From: an uncultured virus (IMG/VR IMGVR_UViG_3300024279_000006)
Lineage: Duplodnaviria > Heunggongvirae > Uroviricota > Caudoviricetes
IMG/VR virus record: IMGVR_UViG_3300024279_000006
Coordinates: 1-64,000 of that record
Direction: 5' to 3' (one strand)
DNA: 64,000 bases
In this document: one piece after another, positions 46,831 through 55,989 of the stretch
Position numbering within the stretch: position 1 is the stretch's first letter
Layout: each line of letters opens with the position of its first letter
Notes under the pieces: generated by a model
What the model was told of the DNA's origin: nothing
Database searches by the model: none
The model's input: only the letters and a program-made list of their open reading frames with translations
Made by a program: the position numbers and the translations under genes

Positions 46831-47972
46831 ATTTTCCTCCGTCTAAAGCCAGCTTGCTCTGGTATGAACTTCCGATGCTTCAGTTCTTCCACCTGAACTT
46901 CCGATGGCGGCACCGGATTTCTGACGGGCGTTTTATGCGCCCTCTCGTGGCTCATTCCAAGCCCGACGATCAACGTGTTGATGGCCGCATTGCAATCACG
47001 GTCATGCTCGGCACCACAGCCGCACGTCCACCGTCTTACCGCAAGCCCGCTCAATCCTGTAGGACCGGACAGGCTCCCGCAGTTTGAGCAGCGCTTGGTG
47101 GAATTTCTAGACTCCGGCTCAACATAGACCGCACCGCCTGCACGGCTCTTGTACGTCAGCATTGAGCGAAGCTGCCCGTGGCCAGAAGAAGCCACAGACT
47201 TACCGAAACGTTTTGCAATCCTATTGTGTGAATCTTTGGAGAAGGCAATCAGAACATTCTCGGATACCAACTGCCGAGAAATCTTGTGGTTACGATCTTT
47301 CCGGCGATTTCGGATGCGCTCTTGGATTCTAGCGGTTAGCTTTCGATTCCGTGCTCTCTGTGCTTGGCCCAGTCGCTGCGCTACCGCTTCCAGCTCTCGT
47401 GGATGCTCAATGATTTCGCCGGTGGATGCGGTCAGCAGGTTCTTGAACCCCGCGTCTATGCCGATCTGACCGCTTGCCTTGCGAGGGATGGCGTTCGGCT
47501 CCGCGTCGATGAACAGGCAGTAATACCAACCCGAAGCGCGGCGTACAATTCGAGCGCACTTAATCTTTCCCTCTGGCATCTCCTGTTTATGAAACTTGAC
47601 CTTCCCTAACCCGCTCACATGGATGCGAGCAGCCTTTGGCCGCAAGATTTGAGCGGAAAATGGGATGGAGTTTAGGCGGTTGCGGTTTCCCTTTAGACGG
47701 GGCTTTTTGGACAGCTTTTTGAAACAACGCATCCACGCCTGATGCACCGTGAAAATCGTGCATTTTAGAACCTGTTTCGGTATCTCTAGTCGAGTGCAAT
47801 GGCCCACAAGCATCGCATCCAAGTCATACTTGGAGTGGTAAATCTTATCCCTGGCATCCAACTCGATCTTCCGAACAGCCCAATTCCATACCCCTGTCAG
47901 CCTGAACAGCCAGACTTCGAGGGTGGCTTCCTGGGCCTTAGTCAGTCGGAGCTTGAGTTGGCACTGAATCAT
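46821..47972 (-). CDS. tnpB: TnpB-family protein with atypical RuvC-II (possible nuclease-dead TldR type)
   Basis: N-terminal LRL...VWN, RASGWY, RuvC-I GIDAG, Zn finger CSNCG...WTCGCG, RuvC-III HDRDCNAAIN; RuvC-II reads IAFSKD instead of xxEDL. Confidence 0.9.
   Translation of the reverse strand: MIQCQLKLRLTKAQEATLEVWLFRLTGVWNWAVRKIELDARDKIYHSKYDLDAMLVGHCTRLEIPKQVLKCTIFTVHQAWMRCFKKLSKKPRLKGNRNRLNSIPFSAQILRPKAARIHVSGLGKVKFHKQEMPEGKIKCARIVRRASGWYYCLFIDAEPNAIPRKASGQIGIDAGFKNLLTASTGEIIEHPRELEAVAQRLGQAQRARNRKLTARIQERIRNRRKDRNHKISRQLVSENVLIAFSKDSHNRIAKRFGKSVASSGHGQLRSMLTYKSRAGGAVYVEPESRNSTKRCSNCGSLSGPTGLSGLAVRRWTCGCGAEHDRDCNAAINTLIVGLGMSHERAHKTPVRNPVPPSEVQVEELKHRKFIPEQAGFRRRKIWK
46849..46906 (-). 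repeat. CRISPR-like mini-array: 2 x CATCGGAAGTTCA with a 16-nt spacer
   Basis: Exact 13-bp repeats at 46894-46906 and 46865-46877; spacer GGTGGAAGAACTGAAG; second guide TACCAGAGCAAGCTGG... Confidence 0.7.
46878..46970 (-). ncRNA. omegaRNA-like scaffold 3' part plus first guide (5' boundary unknown)
   Basis: Minus-strand hairpins GGCTT/GAGCC, GGGCG/CGCCC and CCGGTG/CATCGG ending in AAGTTCA, overlapping the tnpB 3' end as in IS200/IS605 right ends. Confidence 0.65.
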
Positions 47973-48005
47973 TTCACGCCCGTTCTTCCACGTTCACGCG
48001 CTCGG

Positions 48006-48176
48006 TCATTTTGCCACCTTCATCATCGTCCAGCAGCCGCAGTTTGGACACGTCATCCGGCGCGGAACTTCTTTCCCTACAGGGAAACTCATTTGCGCTT
48101 CAGTGCCACAATTCGAGCACCACACTTTTACTGAGTACTGTCTGGCCGCTTCCGGTTCCCGCTCACTTGCTGCCAT
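48006..48176 (-). CDS. Zn-ribbon protein (56 aa)
   Basis: Manual translation MAASERE...WCSNCG...CPNCGC...; GGGAG upstream. Confidence 0.55.
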   Translation of the reverse strand: MAASEREPEAARQYSVKVWCSNCGTEAQMSFPVGKEVPRRMTCPNCGCWTMMKVAK

Positions 48177-50235
48177 GTTCCCGCTCCCTTCGCTTGTCGC
48201 CGCGCACTGTAAAGCGCTTCCTAAACTCTCTGGTTTGAGTCGTGAAAATCCTCACTAAGCCGGTTCTCCAAGCTCGGCAGTACTGTCTGCCGTACTCCGT
48301 GTCGAGGAACTCATATTCGTCGGCGCTGATGAGTCCGTTTGGGTATGCGTCACGGAGGTCACAGGCTCGGTTGTAAATCGCGTCGATCTTTCTCCTCTGC
48401 CGTTTAAGCACCTCGGCATCCAGAGCCAAGAACAATTTGAGGTCATCCAGCGTCCGCTTGCGCTCACTCTTCGGCATGTCCTGGCTCCCTTTTTTGTTGC
48501 GGCACAAACATCGGCTTGACATGATACATTTCGTACATGCAGGCGGCTAAGTGGCACGCTTCGCGCAGTTCGGTCGGCGTATATTTGGCCTCGCGCATGT
48601 GGTAATAAAACGTGTCCACAAGTACATGGAACGTTGCATCGTTGTGATACCGTTCCTCGACTGGCGTGCGATTTGGGTACAAATTCATTGCTGCGTTATT
48701 CTCGCCCATCCCCTTCACCCATCCTCTCTGCTGCGCTCAGGGGCGCGGCGCTCAACAATGCTTTGCCATCCACCAAAACTTCACTTTTACGAGTTCGTTG
48801 ATATTCTTCCAAAGGCGCTTCAGTCCATCGACGCCGCCATTTTCCTCGAAGCACTTTCGGCAGGTGAATGGGTTGCCTCCGGCGCTCGACCCATCGTTTG
48901 TAAATATCCAGCGGAACTCGTCGCCAGCCTCAAACTTGTGTCCGCAGAAGTAGCAGCGAAACCATTTACCGTCCTTGCCGCCAGACCAAGGCAACTTGCA
49001 CTGCTCTGGCGTAGCGTGAACAAAATCAATCATCCAATCTTGCATCCCGTTCCCCCTCACTTGGCTCCCGCGCAGGAGCCGCTAGGCTCGCTGGCCACGA
49101 CTAGTCTCTTCGTGCTGCTGCCGCTCCATCTCTTCGTAATAAGCCTTTGATTGCTCAACACAGGCATCGCAAACGCCGCAATCCATGCAATCGTCAGGGT
49201 CGCGCTCGTCATCCTCAGCATCCGGCTCACAAACGCATCTGCGCTGCCCACAATACGTACACAAGCCCTCGCCAGTAATCCAAGCGTCTAATCCGTCCAT
49301 GTTCCACCCCTCTCCGATGAAGGTTGCTGGCCGCGCCGCTGGGTCACAGTTTCAGCGTTGCCGGGTCGAACCACTTGTTCTTCATCAAATGGCCGATTCG
49401 CAACACTCTGCCGCCAACGCCTTCTGTCTCAACGCGGCAATGCTGCCCTTTCAGTTTCTCCCAAGTTTCCACTTCTAGCGTCCGCAGAATGGCGCCAATG
49501 AACTCCATGCCGTAAGCCGTCCCTACTCGGCGCTTCAGTTCGTTTTTATACTCGTCCAGCGCGTAACCACCGAAGCCGCAACCCCAGCCATCGCCAGAGA
49601 GATGCAAGTAGCAGCTAAAGATTCCGTGGTCCTCGACGCCCAAAGTCGTTGCTACAATCTGGACATTCTCAATTTTCATCTCCGCTCCTCCTCGCCACCG
49701 TCAGGCAGCGAGCGAAAGTCACCTTACCGCTTACTCTCGGCCTTCGTCAGCCTCCGGCAGAGCCACGCGGTTTTATTCGCGTAGACCTCGAAGCGCGTGA
49801 AGCATGGCTTGCAGCACTGGCTGCCCCGCACCTTTCGCACCACCACTTGCTTCGCTCGACAGTTCGAGCAAGTGCCCATAAACTCCCTACGCTTACCTGG
49901 CCTTCGTCCGCTCATCCGCTTCCTCCCGCGAAACTCGATTGCTGTGCCGATACCTAGCGGCTCTGGCTTATCGGCGTCAGCCAGCCACGCGATTCTGAGC
50001 CATGTAATTTTCTAAGAGTTTCTGGGTATGGTTCGCAGACAAAGTAGCCGCCGCCGCTATGTGCGGTACGCTCTTCGACATGCCAACCATCGGGACAATT
50101 GCAATAGCCAATAATGGGACCAGCAAGTGGACCCCCCTCACTCGGAAATTTACAATTTGGCTCAGGAGCTTTTTTATCAAGTAGCATCACCATCCTTCCC
50201 CGCGCCAGTAGCGCTCGAAACTCGATTGCTTGCAA
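48163..50235 (-). CDS. Run of small early hypothetical genes (e.g. 48464-48718, 48752-49060, 49082-49300, 49344-49679)
   Basis: Closely packed minus-strand ORFs with SD sites; several CxxC; boundaries partly uncertain. Confidence 0.5.
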
Positions 50236-50256
50236 GGACGCCCCGCCGCCAGCCGC

Positions 50257-51084
50257 CTAAAACAGCCGCGTTCCCATCTGCCAAGCCCGCTTGTTAATCC
50301 AAAGCACTTCTGTCCGCGCTCTAGCTCCGTCTGCACGGTGTTTCTTCTCGACGCGATGCCAGTCTTTGTACAGTTCCTCGTCATACAACGCACACGGATA
50401 GCCCGAAAGCACCACGAAGCCCTTGACCGCTTTTAGCTGCTCTGACAATTCCCGGTGGCCGTCGTCGGTCATGTCGTAGACGTAGACTGCATTGCCTCGC
50501 GCCATATTGCGCGTTGAGTGCGGATAGGGCGGGTCAACGTAAAAGAGAGTTTCGGTCGTGTCGTGCTGCGCGATAACGTCCGCTGCTGCCTTGTTTTCGA
50601 TTACCACTCCGCGAAGCCGCTCAACGAAAGCCCTGACATGCGATGGATAGTTAACCCAGTCGTGCGCAGGCGTGGTTCCGGAGCGGTTGGAATTGCAGCG
50701 AAAGCCGGTCGCATATTCTCCATTGGTGCTGGCGCTTCCAAATCCGGCATAACTCCTAAGAATGGTCAACCTGGCGCACTCAACGTCCCCAATTCCTGAC
50801 GGCCGGCGCTTGAATGCAGAGTCAAACTCGGTGCGGGAAAACGGGGTCAGTTCCAAGAGCGTTTTAAGCTGCTCGGCTTTCGCTGGGTCACGCATACAGA
50901 AAAACACGTTCACCACGGCGTCCCACATATCGTTGTAGACTTCCGCATAGGAGCGGGACTTCCGCATGAGCACAGAACCTCCGCCGCCGAACGGCTCGAC
51001 GTAGACGCGATGCTTTGGGAAGTGCGAAATAATCCAATCAGCCAACTTCCACTTCCCTCCGTGATAGCGCAATACAGGCCTCAA
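50257..51084 (-). CDS. DNA adenine methyltransferase (Dam/D12 class)
   Basis: RYHGGK...YVEPFGGGGSV...ND...YVDPPY. Confidence 0.9.
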   Translation of the reverse strand: MRPVLRYHGGKWKLADWIISHFPKHRVYVEPFGGGGSVLMRKSRSYAEVYNDMWDAVVNVFFCMRDPAKAEQLKTLLELTPFSRTEFDSAFKRRPSGIGDVECARLTILRSYAGFGSASTNGEYATGFRCNSNRSGTTPAHDWVNYPSHVRAFVERLRGVVIENKAAADVIAQHDTTETLFYVDPPYPHSTRNMARGNAVYVYDMTDDGHRELSEQLKAVKGFVVLSGYPCALYDEELYKDWHRVEKKHRADGARARTEVLWINKRAWQMGTRLF

Positions 51085-51159
51085 ATCTTCTCCCTTTCAG
51101 TGCGCCAGCGCCGCAGCGAGACGCCCATGCAAGCAATCACCTAATCCCAAAGTCTCCCG

Positions 51160-52005
51160 TCATGCCACTTGGTTCTTGTGAGTCAACAATGGCATTTGTG
51201 GTTGTTCTCCAAATAGCTTCAGCGCGTCGTGCACGGCATCCATTGGCCAACCTTGTTGATTCAATAATTGTAGAAAACCCAACGTGTCACCCCGCAGTAA
51301 GCAAACTTCTGCTGTGGTGGTCTTGCGGGAATGACATGGAATGCACGTCGTCAGTAAGTTTCTGCCGTCGTTAGAAGCGAACATCCGAAAGGGAACTATG
51401 TGGTCTACGTGCAAAATAACACCGCGCTCTTTGATTCTTCCACACACTCGGCAAGTATTTCGATCTCTCTTCCGAATTTTTTTAGACTTCTGCGGCCAAT
51501 CCGTTCCCCTAAAATGGTCATCTCCTCGGAATTGAGGCGAGTTTACGCCTCGATTGTGCGCAATGAAACATTGGCGTGAGCAAAAAGTTCGTTTCACCCG
51601 AGTCCTTAGTGCTTTAGCACGTTGGAATATATTTCGACAATGGGGGCAACGGAGGGATATTTTGGTATCTTGGGTAGCACCTCGACATTTTCGCGAGCAG
51701 AATCTCCTGTTGGTCGTCCGTTTAGATTTGAAGTCTTTCTTGCAGGTTTGGCATTTTAGAACAACCCATGCGTTCCTAAAGACGTTGTAACACTCCCTTG
51801 AGCAAAATCGCGTGCGACCTGTAGTCCTCTCAACGGTCCAAGTCTTTTTGCATATAGAGCAGGTTTTAGTTGGTCGTTTGGATCGTGAATGCTCATAGAA
51901 ACAACGTGGAGAGCAAAACTTGGTTTTCACACTTGGGCGAAATGGGAAGTATTTAACTGGACTTCCACATTGTCCGCAAGGGCGCGGCTCACGGTCTTTA
52001 TTCAT
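51160..52005 (-). CDS. HNH endonuclease with four CxxC...FCSxxC zinc repeats
   Basis: RDRNTCRVCG...HVDHIVP...NLLTTCIPCH. Confidence 0.85.
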   Translation of the reverse strand: MNKDREPRPCGQCGSPVKYFPFRPSVKTKFCSPRCFYEHSRSKRPTKTCSICKKTWTVERTTGRTRFCSRECYNVFRNAWVVLKCQTCKKDFKSKRTTNRRFCSRKCRGATQDTKISLRCPHCRNIFQRAKALRTRVKRTFCSRQCFIAHNRGVNSPQFRGDDHFRGTDWPQKSKKIRKRDRNTCRVCGRIKERGVILHVDHIVPFRMFASNDGRNLLTTCIPCHSRKTTTAEVCLLRGDTLGFLQLLNQQGWPMDAVHDALKLFGEQPQMPLLTHKNQVA

Positions 52006-52006
52006 C

Positions 52007-52471
52007 TCAGTACGCTTTCTTCGTGCCGGCTAGATTCTGAATCTCGTCATGGGACAGGTCCGCGAAGCAAGCATTGAGAAACTCTATTAGGTCGTCGCTG
52101 GTTTTCAGTTCCGCGTGCATCTCTAATCTCTTCACTGTGCGACACCATTCGTCGGCCAACGAACGCGAGACACGGTAGCGAAGGATTGTGTCCGGTTCCT
52201 GCTTCTCGGCCTTCCTAGAGGCTGCAAATGCTGAAAGTGTGGTTCCTTGTCCGGCGGCGGCGATAGCTTTTTCGTTCCAACCCTGCTCTCGCTTATGGTG
52301 AACGGCTTGAAACTTCCGCTTGATCGTCGCCTTCGTTGCTCCGGTAGCTTTGGCCAGTATTTCGGCTTCACGGTCCACGTGCTCAGGTCCACACTGGAAA
52401 GCAATTGAGACAATGGCCGCCCATGCGTTGCCGTGGCTGGCGATGTACTGCTGCATGGAGCTGGGAGTCAT
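52007..52471 (-). CDS. Hypothetical protein
   Basis: 154 aa, coupled to bet. Confidence 0.55.
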   Translation of the reverse strand: MTPSSMQQYIASHGNAWAAIVSIAFQCGPEHVDREAEILAKATGATKATIKRKFQAVHHKREQGWNEKAIAAAGQGTTLSAFAASRKAEKQEPDTILRYRVSRSLADEWCRTVKRLEMHAELKTSDDLIEFLNACFADLSHDEIQNLAGTKKAY

Positions 52472-54117
52472 GGATTAAACAGGGTTCCTTCTCGCCCAGG
52501 AGCGCGGTCTTTCTGTATCACTGGCACCTTGCCGTCAAATTCTCGTCCAGCCAGCATCTTGAATCCGACTAGGTTCCAAAAGTCTCCGTTTTGCGTTACC
52601 AGAAACTCCCCGCTCTTGCCTTTTGCCTTACTGACGTATTCAAACAGGTCACGGTCAAAAGCAGAGTACCAACGGTCTCCGCTTTCGGTTTTGATGAGCA
52701 CGTTCATGTACGGCGCCGACGGCTTGCGTGCGGAGCCTTTCGTCATTTTCTCGGTGAAGTGTTGGATGGTTCCTTTTACAATAGACGGCGCAGTGCTGGC
52801 AGAGGGCACAGATCCAGCACTGGCCGTGGGTTTTGAGTTTGTCTCCTTTCGTGAGGTTGTGGGAGCAGCCGCACTTTGAGCCGCGGACGACGCGGCCTTG
52901 TTTTGTGCTACTCCCTTTCCCTGTGGGGGAACTTGTTTGGGTAGAATCTCGATCACGCGGTAATTCAACTGCTGCGCCATCGCGTGAATAGTGGCAACGT
53001 CCGACGGAAGGATGTGCCACCAGTCACCCGCCCATTTCGCCGTGCAGTGCTTTTGAATCAAATCGAGCAGGTTTCCCAAGTCACCGCGGATGATTGGGTC
53101 GTTGGCGTCGGTAAGGTCTAACTCGATGGTTCCGTTAGGGGATTGGGGCGCGGCGATGTCTATTGCCGCGTTCTGCGTCTCCGGCTGGTCACTCGCCGTA
53201 GTTTTCGCAGCCTTCGCGCCCACAAGTTCAGCATCGGCCGCTTCCACGCGTGCAAGAGCGGCTTCGGCTTGCTTGGCTTTCTCGGAGCCTGGTTCGTGGC
53301 CATGCGCAAGTTTTTCGTCCAACACTTCTTGCTGCCGTTGCTTTCCAAGTTGCCGATGCGCTTCGTAGGTTACAGGCTGGCCGGATGGCGTGAATCCGTT
53401 GGCGTCGGTAATGATGCGGCCGCCTTCGGTGTAGTCCTGATCGGCTTGTACCATTTCTTCGCTGGTGTAAATGTCGGACAGGTCCGGGTAGCCTTTGCGA
53501 ATCGCTTGAGCTTCGGCGCATTTCGCTAACATTAAACGGGGCATACGGTTGTAGAAGTCAGCCTTAGATTCGGTCAAATCTCGCGGCGCAAACTCATCCC
53601 AATACGCCACGCCAACGATAGGATGCTCTAATCCCTTCTTCCATAACCGGATTGTGGCGCTCTCTGGTATCGGCTTCCCGGCTGGTGTCTTGATGCCAGA
53701 CATTACAAACTGCGGTTCATCGCACCCGCCAAAGTCTTTATGATGACGTCCGGCCAGCGCTCGCAGTCCGTCGATCCCCATCTGGATTGTCATTTGCTTT
53801 CCGGCAACCCAAATTCCTTTTTCGTCCGTGTGGTGTTTGGTGACGTTGCGCATCACGGCGTAAATCTGGCGGGTGATGGGATCTAGCTTGTGCTTGCGGC
53901 AGGTCCAAAGGAATAGCGCAAACTCGTCGTTGCTGGCGCCCTTGCACACCGTCCGCTTGAGTAGTTCGATCTCGTCGCCAGTCAGCGCGCGCTCACGGTT
54001 GCGCTGCACGATAATCGGCCGCGGGAGTGCTACCGCTGGAACGATGGCGCTAGAAGGGGGTTGTTTCGTCTTTGTCGGTTTTGAACGGCTTGCGCGCTTC
54101 TTTGTCTTCTTCGGCAT
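52468..54117 (-). CDS. bet: Bet/RecT-family single-strand annealing protein with long C-terminal extension
   Basis: FLWTC...LDPITRQIY...GIDGLR...MPRLMLAKCAEAQAIRKGYP...IYTSEEM. Confidence 0.85.
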   Translation of the reverse strand: MPKKTKKRASRSKPTKTKQPPSSAIVPAVALPRPIIVQRNRERALTGDEIELLKRTVCKGASNDEFALFLWTCRKHKLDPITRQIYAVMRNVTKHHTDEKGIWVAGKQMTIQMGIDGLRALAGRHHKDFGGCDEPQFVMSGIKTPAGKPIPESATIRLWKKGLEHPIVGVAYWDEFAPRDLTESKADFYNRMPRLMLAKCAEAQAIRKGYPDLSDIYTSEEMVQADQDYTEGGRIITDANGFTPSGQPVTYEAHRQLGKQRQQEVLDEKLAHGHEPGSEKAKQAEAALARVEAADAELVGAKAAKTTASDQPETQNAAIDIAAPQSPNGTIELDLTDANDPIIRGDLGNLLDLIQKHCTAKWAGDWWHILPSDVATIHAMAQQLNYRVIEILPKQVPPQGKGVAQNKAASSAAQSAAAPTTSRKETNSKPTASAGSVPSASTAPSIVKGTIQHFTEKMTKGSARKPSAPYMNVLIKTESGDRWYSAFDRDLFEYVSKAKGKSGEFLVTQNGDFWNLVGFKMLAGREFDGKVPVIQKDRAPGREGTLFNP

Positions 54118-54340
54118 GTTCTTCCTCGATCTTTCTGCATGGAAACTTTGGCTTGATGGTTTTCAAGAAGTGACTGCCCTTTGACTCGGCTTGCTGAAAC
54201 GCTTCCCAATCCGCCGGCGTAAAGTTGCTGTAGTGGTAGACCTTCTCCGGGTGAGCACGAAAAGACAATTCAAGCACTTGGCTTGCTGCGTCATAAGCGG
54301 CGGTAGAAAGCAAAGATGATTCAATGGCGGTTCTCTTCAT
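54050..54340 (-). CDS. KTSC domain protein
   Basis: SSLLSTAAYD...LELSF...YHY...AESKGSHF...IK; AGGAG SD. Confidence 0.8.
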   Translation of the reverse strand: MKRTAIESSLLSTAAYDAASQVLELSFRAHPEKVYHYSNFTPADWEAFQQAESKGSHFLKTIKPKFPCRKIEEEHAEEDKEARKPFKTDKDETTPF

Positions 54341-54803
54341 ATTTTCTCCTTGCGACGCTGATCTTGCGCCTGCGTTCCTTTTCTGTTTCTGCTGTGGGTT
54401 TCCGTCGATTAGCCGATTGCTCTTTTCTAGTTGCCCACCGGCAATTCCCAGGTTCATAATTGCCGTCGTTGTTGATTCGCTCTATTGTGTGCAGCGGAGT
54501 TGGTTTCGGTCCCATGTCAGCTAGAAAATTTGCAAACTTAGCCCACCGTTCGCACACTTTAATGCCCCGTCCTCCATAGTAAGGAAAGGCCACGGCTTTG
54601 GGATTTAGGCACCTGTAGCGCATCATGAACCACGACCTTCGCTCTGGTGAGTAACCTTTACGTTGAAAGTACTTTCGCTTGGCTTCCTTTATCTGTTCCA
54701 GGTGTTCGGCACGATATTTGTGTACTCGTGCCAAAATCTTGTCCCTGTTCGCTAGATAATAAAGATGAGCAGAAAGTTTCCTCCGGTCCGTTTTTGGTTT
54801 CAT
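54321..54803 (-). CDS. HNH homing endonuclease
   Basis: YGGRGIKVCERW...FLADMG...RINNDGNYEPGNCRWAT. Confidence 0.85.
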   Translation of the reverse strand: MKPKTDRRKLSAHLYYLANRDKILARVHKYRAEHLEQIKEAKRKYFQRKGYSPERRSWFMMRYRCLNPKAVAFPYYGGRGIKVCERWAKFANFLADMGPKPTPLHTIERINNDGNYEPGNCRWATRKEQSANRRKPTAETEKERRRKISVARRKYEENRH

Positions 54804-55576
54804 ACTTTGCCGCCGAATGCGTCTTTGGCTTCACAAGTCACGCCAGGAATCTCTTTGTTGAATTGCTCGGGGTCTTTCAGTTCCTTTGCGTAGGCGGCCA
54901 GCTCGCGTTCATTCAATACCACAAAGCGTGAGAGAAACTGCACGCGCTTGGTGTCGGTCTTCTTGTACGCTTTGAGCATCGCGCGAATCAATTCCTTTGG
55001 GTCTCCGATGGTGATCGGGTAATTGGTGGTCTGTCGCACGCTGGTCTTGGGTAGGCTCGGCTGCACGCGAACCTCTGGCGCTGGCTCTTTCGCTATTTCT
55101 GCGGCTTCGCGCTTGGTGATCTCGCCAGTTTTAACCTGGGCTTTCAAGTCAGCGTCACGCTTGCGCTGCGCTTCTTCGTTCAGTCGGCGCTGTTCTTCTT
55201 CGGCGGCCGCTTTTTCCTTGCGGGAGTAGTCTCCCATTTTCATATTCAGAACGCCGCGCGCCTCTTCTGCTCGGTTCTTATTTCTGTTGAAGCGTTGCTG
55301 GATGAAGTCGAGCACCTTCCGCACTTTCAATTTGTACGGCTCCATGCACGCTTCTGATGCCGACGTGGTGTGCTTGAGTTCGGCGATCAGATTCCCAGCC
55401 TCGGCGAAAGAGTCCGCGTCTTTCACTTCCAACGCGCGCGCTTTGTTGAAAAGCGCAGTGGCTTCCGTTTCGTGCTGGTCCATCTCGGTCAGCGACTCTT
55501 GCCAGCGGTCGAGAACGATAGGGCTTAGACTAGTCTCCACGTTTGACGGATGTACTACTATTTCCTGTGTGTCCAT
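54800..55576 (-). CDS. Coiled-coil protein of the recombination module
   Basis: GGAGG SD; long heptad-rich helix. Confidence 0.6.
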   Translation of the reverse strand: MDTQEIVVHPSNVETSLSPIVLDRWQESLTEMDQHETEATALFNKARALEVKDADSFAEAGNLIAELKHTTSASEACMEPYKLKVRKVLDFIQQRFNRNKNRAEEARGVLNMKMGDYSRKEKAAAEEEQRRLNEEAQRKRDADLKAQVKTGEITKREAAEIAKEPAPEVRVQPSLPKTSVRQTTNYPITIGDPKELIRAMLKAYKKTDTKRVQFLSRFVVLNERELAAYAKELKDPEQFNKEIPGVTCEAKDAFGGKV

Positions 55577-55590
55577 TCTTTCCTCCAGAT

Positions 55591-55989
55591 TTATAAAATT
55601 TCCTGTTTCAACGTCCAAACCTTTTTTGCTCCGCGCACTCCGTCTTTCGGGCGTAACTTCCAACCATGCAACAGAACCAAACCACCGGCGTCCTTCCACT
55701 TCTCGAACTCAGGAATGGCCAGAATCTTTGCGCGATGCTTTGAAATGCTGGTCCAGTCCGTTGTTTGTATTAGGGCAATTTCGCGCCTGTCTTTGGTCGT
55801 TAAAACTCCATTGTCCAAAAATGAATCAGTCCAACTCAGGCGGCACGCCAGAATATCCCCGAATCCCCACACATCTTGACGAACGCCAAACTTCATTCCA
55901 GGGAAGTGCTTCCACTTCTCGACAACGGCCACAGTCCAGCCCGTATCTTTCAAATGCTTTAGGCTGCGCTGCATGGGTTTCGATGCCAT
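55591..55989 (-). CDS. PD-(D/E)XK nuclease, resolvase-like
   Basis: LKDTGWTV...GFGDILA...LIQTT. Confidence 0.6.
   Translation of the reverse strand: MASKPMQRSLKHLKDTGWTVAVVEKWKHFPGMKFGVRQDVWGFGDILACRLSWTDSFLDNGVLTTKDRREIALIQTTDWTSISKHRAKILAIPEFEKWKDAGGLVLLHGWKLRPKDGVRGAKKVWTLKQEIL

Noticed and set aside
46821..47972. Intact IS200/IS605 or IS607 transposon
   Set aside because: No Y1 or serine transposase and no left-end hairpin space.
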